A stretch of 64,000 nucleotides of DNA from a virus, in the IMG/VR virus record IMGVR_UViG_3300025280_000022; one strand, given 5' to 3'. Positions 37,724-43,915 of this stretch are shown here, piece by piece. The stretch's first letter is position 1; every line of letters begins with the position of its first letter. The translations under genes were made by a program, and so were the position numbers. Below the pieces are notes generated by a model. It saw only the letters and a list, made by a program, of their open reading frames with translations. It was not told the origin of the DNA and did not search any database.

Positions 37724-37915
37724 ATGAAAAAACTCGAAGTTATAAAACCACTCCGCATGAACCAGTATCTTTTGAATGTGGGCGACCAATTTGAAGTTGC
37801 CAAGGTCATCGAAGATCCTCTCACTAAAGCAAAATTTTGGCGTCCTGCTAATGTCAAAGGCATGGAAGAAATGTATTGGCTTTTCTCCACAAAAATTTTC
37901 AAAGTTATAGAATAA
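37724..37915 (+). CDS. hypothetical protein
   Basis: Leaderless after TTGACA(37689)-17-CATACT. Confidence 0.6.
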   Translation: MKKLEVIKPLRMNQYLLNVGDQFEVAKVIEDPLTKAKFWRPANVKGMEEMYWLFSTKIFKVIE

Positions 37916-38088
37916 TGGTTATTGTAGAACAGCACCCAAACATCCAAAAATGGACAAATGTATTCCATGCAGGAAAATTAGTTTTCCAACTATCCTGCCG
38001 AGCTAAAGCCTTGCGTCTCGCCCAGCGTCTCGCCAAGGAAAAAAAGACCGCAGTTTTCGATGTCGATCAAAACGAAACAGTCAAATGA
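37915..38088 (+). CDS. hypothetical protein
   Basis: TAATG overlap. Confidence 0.6.
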   Translation: MVIVEQHPNIQKWTNVFHAGKLVFQLSCRAKALRLAQRLAKEKKTAVFDVDQNETVK

Positions 38089-38336
38089 TTATTTTCGGCC
38101 TATCAATTATCGCCCTTTTAGTTTTTGCATATCTAACCCGATAAAAAAATGATTGAAGTAATTTTGTTTGTTGGTCTTTCCCTTGCTTACGCTAACCTTA
38201 CAACCTAAAAAACACATGAAGCACATTGCCGATTTATTTGCCAAACCGCTTTTGCTGTTGTCCCTGACTGCGTTCCTTTACGTCCTGCATATTGTAGTGA
38301 TGGATTGGATTCGTCTCATCGGTTAAACAGTCGCCG

Positions 38337-38420
38337 CTATACATAAGCCGCTATACATAAGGCCTTATACATAAGGGCGGCGGGGGGCCGCGGCCCGCCA
38401 GCCCAGTGTTCATGCGGGTT
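38337..38420. repeat. inverted CTATACATAA array plus half GC element
   Basis: Three 10-mers, GC spacer, box at 38400. Confidence 0.88.
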
Positions 38421-38571
38421 GCGGGGCGGTCATTAGAATTTCTCTGCTCGGTATAAGTTTTGCTCATAAGATAAAAAAGTGAAAAAACTTTCACAAAAGG
38501 GTTGACTTTATCAAAAATTCTGTCATACTATTATTATATTAAGATTAAAAACCACAAAAAGAAAAACCACC

Positions 38572-38787
38572 ATGATTAAAAAAAATGATATTGTTCGCTC
38601 TCCTCAAGGTCTCGTTGGCGTTGTCCTTGACCTAGTCAAAGACCCTGACGGCATCCAGTTTGCGATTTTCCGTTGCGTTGGTTCGCAACGAAAGGTTGCT
38701 TGCCCAGTTGCCAGCTTAAGCCCGCACAAGTGGCTCAATGTTGTCAGCATCCATCAGGACAACAAGAACCTTCTCGCCAAAAGTTAA
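38572..38787 (+). CDS. small SH3/KOW-like protein
   Basis: IK.ND.V...G.V pattern shared with 38791. Confidence 0.6.
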   Translation: MIKKNDIVRSPQGLVGVVLDLVKDPDGIQFAIFRCVGSQRKVACPVASLSPHKWLNVVSIHQDNKNLLAKS

Positions 38788-38790
38788 GCC

Positions 38791-38976
38791 ATGATTAAAA
38801 CTAACGATAAAGTCCTCACTAAAAAAAATTCACTTTGCAAGGTGACTTCCATTCGTGGTCGCTTCGCATTGCTCAAGGGCATTGGCTCGGATCAGTCCCC
38901 GCCTGTACGAGTCCTTGCTTGCATCAGCGACCTGCGGACTCTTAAGGGTTTTCACGGCACTCATATTATTATCTAA
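38791..38976 (+). CDS. small SH3/KOW-like protein
   Basis: Paralog of 38572. Confidence 0.6.
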   Translation: MIKTNDKVLTKKNSLCKVTSIRGRFALLKGIGSDQSPPVRVLACISDLRTLKGFHGTHIII

Positions 38977-38987
38977 ACAAAAAAATC

Positions 38988-39185
38988 ATGACACGTAAAC
39001 ACTTCGAGCTTATTGCTCAAACACTCAACAAGGCTCACAAGCACGACCACAACAAAAACGTGGTGCAAGGTATTGCCTTTGACCTATCAACCAAGTTTAA
39101 GGATATCAATCCCAACTTTTCACAAACCAAATTCATGCAGGCAGTCATGGCCGATTCAGGACTGTTCTTCACCAACGGAAAATGA
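38988..39185 (+). CDS. conserved phage hypothetical protein
   Basis: MTRKHFELIA...NPNF...KF..A pattern. Confidence 0.75.
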   Translation: MTRKHFELIAQTLNKAHKHDHNKNVVQGIAFDLSTKFKDINPNFSQTKFMQAVMADSGLFFTNGK

Positions 39186-39394
39186 CTGATCTAAAACAAT
39201 TACCTTATTGCCTAAACTTTCTCGCTAGGAACAGCGGGGACGTTTATTATCGAGCGAGTCACCAAAATTTTAAAACTATCGGTGACGCTTTGCGTTTTAT
39301 CTGCGACTTGAAAAAGTCGGACAAGCAAACCCGTGACCGCTATCTTTACAAGCGTACAGGTCGCAGGGGATTTGACTTTATTAACCAATATTAA
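39182..39394 (+). CDS. hypothetical protein
   Basis: ATGA overlap. Confidence 0.55.
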   Translation: MTDLKQLPYCLNFLARNSGDVYYRASHQNFKTIGDALRFICDLKKSDKQTRDRYLYKRTGRRGFDFINQY

Positions 39395-39413
39395 AAACTT
39401 TTGACAGCATGGC

Positions 39414-39452
39414 GTGCGGCGGGGTTGGTGGTTCTCCCCGTCGCACTTTTTC
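39414..39452 (+). terminator. terminator hairpin with TTGGTGGTTCT loop (copy 3)
   Basis: GTGCGGCGGGG/CCCCGTCGCAC plus T6. Confidence 0.85.
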
Positions 39453-39453
39453 G

Positions 39454-39895
39454 TTATACATAAGCCACTATACATAAGGCCTTATACATAAGGGCGGCGG
39501 GGGGCCGCGGCCCGCCAGCCCAGTGTTTATGCGGGTTGCGGGGCGGTCGTTAGGTAAGTTGCAACTTACTAAAACGCATTGTTTGAATTAAATCCGAATT
39601 AAATCGGATTTAATTTTTTCCTCCGAATTTCCTGCAAAAAAAGGAGCTTTAACGGATTTTTTTTGCATTTATTTTCGTGTTTGGCTCTATTAGTGGCCTC
39701 GTGGCGTGTTTTTTTTATCGTATTTTCCCAAAATTAGTTTATAATGGTAACATACAAAATTGAGAAAGACCAAACTTTAAGCGTAACGGCAAAACCCTAC
39801 CATCGGCCACTAATTAGAGAGTCGCCACAAAAGGGAAATTGAAAAAACAAAACTACGCTAACTTTAAAAAAACCACTAAATCCAAAAAAATCATG
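39454..39895 (+). repeat. long intergenic repeat unit A
   Basis: 10-mer array, box 39517, palindrome GTAAGTTGCAACTTAC 39554, CCGAATTAAAT repeats, TATAAT promoter, conserved leader. Confidence 0.9.
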
Positions 39896-40123
39896 TTCAA
39901 AGCTACTCATTTAGTCCTCACTCCTCACGCAGGAAATTCCGCCTTTGGGGTGGGATTCTCCCCTTCTCCCAAGAAGGCAATCGCCTTGGCGAAAGTCAAC
40001 GCCGACATCAACCTTGATAGGTTCGATGCCGAGCATGGCATTTGCTCCTCCATTGGCGGGGAAGTCACCAACCTTTTCAACGCCTCCAATGGTGTCCACA
40101 TCCACCAAAACCTCGACCTTTAG
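39893..40123 (+). CDS. hypothetical protein
   Basis: ATG 39893. Confidence 0.6.
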   Translation: MFKATHLVLTPHAGNSAFGVGFSPSPKKAIALAKVNADINLDRFDAEHGICSSIGGEVTNLFNASNGVHIHQNLDL

Positions 40124-40127
40124 TCCT

Positions 40128-40307
40128 ATGACCAGAGAAGAAAACAAAACTTACCTGCAAACCAGAATTGCCAACCTGAAGGCTGAAGTCGCTGGGCTTG
40201 TTGCAAGAGACGCAAGAGACGGAGAGATCCGAGCTTGCAAGTCGGAGCTTGCCCGCCATGAACAGGCTCTTGTGTGGCTCCACAACAGGATTGCCACAAG
40301 CCTCTAA
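40128..40307 (+). CDS. coiled-coil hypothetical protein
   Basis: ATG 40128. Confidence 0.6.
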   Translation: MTREENKTYLQTRIANLKAEVAGLVARDARDGEIRACKSELARHEQALVWLHNRIATSL

Positions 40308-40333
40308 TTTAACCACAAACAAAAACCACTACA

Positions 40334-40525
40334 ATGCAATTCATTATAGCAACCACCAAGTCGGGCGTTTATCGCCTGCAAGTCTTCAATCGTGGGTTCC
40401 AGATTGGAACACACAACTCCGTCAGTCGGAAGTATGTTAAGCGTGTCATTCGCAAGTACACCGCTCGCATGGTGTCCTCATCCCATGCGGCACATGGCAA
40501 GCCTGTAAATGTCATTTGGGCATAG
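40334..40525 (+). CDS. hypothetical protein
   Basis: Stop TAG runs directly into CCTTATGTATAA array. Confidence 0.6.
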   Translation: MQFIIATTKSGVYRLQVFNRGFQIGTHNSVSRKYVKRVIRKYTARMVSSSHAAHGKPVNVIWA

Positions 40526-41034
40526 CCTTATGTATAACGCTTATGCATAGCTTATGCATAGCGTCTTATGTATAGCGTTTAAGCTCATCGGCCGCTAGCC
40601 CAGTCATAGAGCGGGCTGTAGCGTGGCGGCGGACGCCGCGGCCCGCCAGCCCAGTGTTTATGCGGGTTGCGGGGCGGTCGTTAGGTAAGTTGCAACTTAC
40701 TAAAAACGCATTGCTCGAATTAAATCCGAATTAAATCCGATTTAATTTTTCCCCCCGAATTTTCCGCAATTTAAGGAGCTTTAAACGATTTTTTTTGCAT
40801 TTATTTTCGCATTTGGCTCTATTAGTGGCCTCGTGGCCCGATTTTGTTCTCGTATTTTTCGAAAAATGGTTTATAATGGTAACATAGAAAATTAGAAAAG
40901 ACCTCACCAAAAAGACTTTACGACACGCAACGGCAAAACCCTAAACTCGGCCACTAATTTGAGAGTCGCCACAAAAGGGACATTGAAAAAACAACACTGC
41001 GTTTCACTTTAAAAAATCCTGTAAATCAAAAAAA
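40526..41034 (+). repeat. long intergenic repeat unit B
   Basis: 10-mer array, boxes 40597/40648, palindrome 40685, promoter, conserved leader. Confidence 0.9.
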
Positions 41035-41157
41035 ATGTTCATCCGAAATCCAAACGTCATTTAACGCCCTCCTGATGGTGAGATGGGCGCGCCAAGATTA
41101 TGACAAAGAAAATTCCCATTTAACGCTCGTATGACGGGGAGATGAGCGCCCCAAGAT
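41035..41157 (+). other. two tandem micro-ORF + H-type pseudoknot units
   Basis: 59-nt period; covarying stems (see findings). Confidence 0.65.
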
Positions 41158-41182
41158 AAAAAATTTAAAACCACAAAAACCC

Positions 41183-41338
41183 ATGCAAACAATTTCTGAT
41201 TTAAAAAACCTTATAAGCTCCGCCAAATGTGGAACCGACTTGACTATTGCCCGAACAATGGTTCAATGGTCGGACGTTCCGCCTCCCATTAAGGCGCTTT
41301 TATTCCAGCAGATTGTAGACAAAAGAAAAACCCTTTAA
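41183..41338 (+). CDS. small protein, paralog of 43306
   Basis: LKNLI..A....D..IART.V..SD.P..IK...F.Q. Confidence 0.7.
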   Translation: MQTISDLKNLISSAKCGTDLTIARTMVQWSDVPPPIKALLFQQIVDKRKTL

Positions 41339-41345
41339 GACCATT

Positions 41346-41492
41346 ATGACAAAAAACGAAAAAATCGCTCGCCTTGAAACTCACCTTGCTTGGTGGACTG
41401 CCAAGCTTAACCGCTCACGCAAGAACTCCTTGATTGCCATGCGTGCGTTGCATGTCAACGCAATCCGCAAGGAACTTGAAGCCCTCAAGTAG
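41346..41492 (+). CDS. 48-aa basic protein, paralog of 42514
   Basis: LAWWTAKLN.SRK.SL...RALH.NAIRKELEALK. Confidence 0.75.
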   Translation: MTKNEKIARLETHLAWWTAKLNRSRKNSLIAMRALHVNAIRKELEALK

Positions 41493-41498
41493 ACTTTT

Positions 41499-41651
41499 AT
41501 GTACGTCCTACAATCAACAACTAAAGCCAAAGATTGGCAAGCTGAAACCCTGCCGATGCCTTTGGCTGTCGCGGACAAACTGGTGCGCCAGCGTATCGCT
41601 CAGGCTTCAGGCTGTCGCCGTTATCGCCTTGTCAAGGTGCGCGTAGCGTAG
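41499..41651 (+). CDS. small hypothetical protein
   Basis: 50 aa; TAG runs into CCTTATGTATAA. Confidence 0.55.
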   Translation: MYVLQSTTKAKDWQAETLPMPLAVADKLVRQRIAQASGCRRYRLVKVRVA

Positions 41652-42030
41652 CCTTATGTATAACGCTTATGCATAGCTTATGCATAGCGTCTTATGCATA
41701 GCGTTTAAGCTCATCGGCCGCTAGCCCAGTCATAGAGCGGGCTGCAGCGGGGCGCGGGAGCCCGCCGCCCGCCAGCCCAGTGTTCATGCGGGTTGCGGGG
41801 CGGTCGTTAGGTAAGTTGCAACTTACATGGGCGATTCATTTATTCCGAATTAAATCCGATTTAATTGCCTATTTAATTTTTCCCCCGAATTTTCCGCAAT
41901 TTAGGGAGCTTTAAGCGATTTTTTTTACGATTATTTTCACGTTTGGCTCTATGACTGGGCTGGCGGGTGAAGATTGTTATTGTATTTTTCACAAATTCGT
42001 TTATAATGGTACCATACAAAATTAAGAAAG
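41652..42030 (+). repeat. long intergenic repeat unit C
   Basis: 10-mer array, boxes 41723/41774, palindrome 41811, extra box ~41941, promoter. Confidence 0.9.
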
Positions 42031-42052
42031 TTAACCACCAAAGATAAAAACC

Positions 42053-42226
42053 ATGTTTAAAGTTATAGAAGTTCGTTTTGATATCCTAACAGGAAACGAG
42101 TCCGAGCATATCCTGCTCAAGACCAACCACAAGCTCCTAGCCGATGAGGCTTGCAAGGATGCAAATGCCTCATTTGAGGGTGACGTTCCTGGGTTCGAGT
42201 CTTTCGCTGTTGTCGTCAAAGTTTAA
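42053..42226 (+). CDS. small hypothetical protein
   Basis: 57 aa read by eye, AACCATG context. Confidence 0.6.
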   Translation: MFKVIEVRFDILTGNESEHILLKTNHKLLADEACKDANASFEGDVPGFESFAVVVKV

Positions 42227-42252
42227 ACACAAACAAAAAAGAAAAAACCACC

Positions 42253-42501
42253 ATGAGCAAATCCATCTCACAACTCCCTCTCGCCCTTCAATCCCTCTTT
42301 GCCGAGCTACACGCCGAGCAAGCCGTCGAGCAAGTCTTGGATGCCGTAGACGGCACACAAACCAAAGCAACGTCCGAGGACATCATGGACGAATTTGTCC
42401 GCATCGAAACCGAAGTCGATGCCGATCCCATCGACGAAGACGACGAAGAACAGATCGACATGGACTGCGTGTCCGTCGAGATGCTGGAGATGTTCAGCTA
42501 A
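42253..42501 (+). CDS. acidic protein, paralog of 33875
   Basis: DPIDEDDEEQIDMD. Confidence 0.7.
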   Translation: MSKSISQLPLALQSLFAELHAEQAVEQVLDAVDGTQTKATSEDIMDEFVRIETEVDADPIDEDDEEQIDMDCVSVEMLEMFS

Positions 42502-42513
42502 ACTTTAACTATT

Positions 42514-42660
42514 ATGTCAAAACAAAAAGAAATCGAAAAGCTCGAAAGAGATCTCGCTTGGTGGACTGCCAAGCTCAACAAGTCACGCAAGGAATCCTTG
42601 CGTTCCATCCGTGCGTTACACGCTAACGCTATCCGCAAGGAGCTTGAAGCTCTCAAGTAG
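42514..42660 (+). CDS. 48-aa basic protein, paralog of 41346
   Basis: Near-identical C-terminal 35 aa; TAG runs into CCTTATGTATAG. Confidence 0.75.
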   Translation: MSKQKEIEKLERDLAWWTAKLNKSRKESLRSIRALHANAIRKELEALK

Positions 42661-42802
42661 CCTTATGTATAGCGTTATACATAGCTTATGTATAGTGTCT
42701 TATGTATAGCGTTCACAGCCATCGGCCGCTAGCCCAGTCGTAGAGCGGGCTAGAGCCTGACGGCGGGGCCCGCGGCCCGCCAGCCCAGTGTTTATGCGGG
42801 TT
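42661..42802. repeat. TTATGTATAG array plus bipartite GC element
   Basis: 10-mers at 42663, 42675, 42686, 42700; boxes 42731/42782. Confidence 0.92.
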
Positions 42803-42923
42803 GCGGGGTGGTCATTAGAATCTCACTCGCTCGCATTAGTTTTGCTTATACGTATACAACTGCATGATATTTTTCTTGTGATTGCTGAAAATTCTGTCAT
42901 ACTATTATATAAAGATTAAGAAA

Positions 42924-43250
42924 ATGGAAGAATCAAAAGCACAAAGAAAAGCCGCCCGAGACGCCCACATAAAAGCGCATCGTGCATGGCTGGCAAGCCC
43001 AGAAACCCACGCCGCTACAAGAAAAGCTCTGGAAGACAACGCCAAGTTGTGCATGGGAGAACCTTCGGGAGCGCAATTTCCACCTTCCCGTGAAACGCAG
43101 ATATTGTTTGCCAAGCGATTCCGCAGGAACTTCTTCTCCGTGGTCGATGAATTCAACGCAGACCAAGCCGCGCTGGACGATGCCGAGCTGGAGAAGCTCG
43201 CGCAGGAAAAGGTTCGCATGCAAGGTTTGCAGCCAAAATTAAAGGCTTGA
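42924..43250 (+). CDS. hypothetical protein
   Basis: ATG 42924 after TGTCATACT promoter. Confidence 0.6.
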   Translation: MEESKAQRKAARDAHIKAHRAWLASPETHAATRKALEDNAKLCMGEPSGAQFPPSRETQILFAKRFRRNFFSVVDEFNADQAALDDAELEKLAQEKVRMQGLQPKLKA

Positions 43251-43305
43251 CACTTTACAGAAAATCCTATAAAATTATATCATAGAAAAAATTAAGGAAA
43301 TCACC

Positions 43306-43512
43306 ATGCATAAAACAATTATCCACTTAAAAAATCTCATTGAAGTTGCCGAGTCCCATGCCGATTTCGAGATTGCTCGAACAGCGGTCAGGGATTCCGA
43401 CATTCCCCGCATTATCAAAGTTGATTTTTTCCGCCAGCTTTCCGACAAGCAAAGCCGTCAGGCGTTCATTGAAGAATGTTTCCATGCGAGGGAAGCGCTG
43501 TTCTCCTCTTAA
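43306..43512 (+). CDS. small protein, paralog of 41183
   Basis: Shared motif. Confidence 0.7.
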   Translation: MHKTIIHLKNLIEVAESHADFEIARTAVRDSDIPRIIKVDFFRQLSDKQSRQAFIEECFHAREALFSS

Positions 43513-43513
43513 G

Positions 43514-43720
43514 ATGGAAGCTCAACCTTTTGTTCTCACCACATTGCCAGAGCTTGGCAATGAGCCAGTCATTATTTCAAGGAATCATATTTTTTATGAG
43601 GCTAAAAAGTCTGATGTATTTTTAAACACGGCGACAGTCAACGCAAACTTGCACAGGCTCGCAGATGTAACGCTAGCCTTGGGGTGGGGAGAGCATACGG
43701 TCTGGCAGGTACTCCTTTAA
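43514..43720 (+). CDS. hypothetical protein
   Basis: ATG 43514. Confidence 0.5.
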   Translation: MEAQPFVLTTLPELGNEPVIISRNHIFYEAKKSDVFLNTATVNANLHRLADVTLALGWGEHTVWQVLL

Positions 43721-43900
43721 TCAGTTCAAGCACTCCCCCCATTTCGAAAAAAAAGCGGAGGGGGGAAACTCAGACAACGCCGCGGGGGCCCTTTTTTCAT
43801 TCGTGGGGGCACCCCCCACCCGTTTGAATAAAAGTATCTGAAGATATATAAACATAATAAAACGCTTAACCAAAAAAAAATCCGAAGGCCTAGGGAATGA

Positions 43901-43907
43901 GTGTAAT
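43901..43907 (+). promoter_or_regulatory. putative late promoter motif GTGTAAT
   Basis: Recurs at 44642, 52614, 54688, 59448, 62348, 63655, 16157 just upstream of starts. Confidence 0.6.
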
Positions 43908-43915
43908 TATATGTG

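Noticed and set aside
34397-39435. GTTGGTGG as Chi sites
   Set aside because: One mismatch from E. coli Chi, host is unlikely to be enteric, and occurrences are tied to hairpin loops.
39785-40990. c-di-GMP-I riboswitch suggested by GGCAAA
   Set aside because: Lacks the GNRA-capped P2 and the GACGCAAAGC/receptor arrangement; kept only as an unknown leader.
36958-42709. TTATG/CATAA arrays as dif (XerCD) or loxP-like sites
   Set aside because: They share TTATG with Xer arms, but the spacing between inverted halves is 1-4 bp rather than 6-8 bp and arms do not match further.
27523-42802. Box-30 bp-box elements as CRISPR mini-arrays
   Set aside because: Spacers are mutually related GC-only sequences rather than unique captured DNA, the two boxes of a pair differ systematically, and no cas genes are present.
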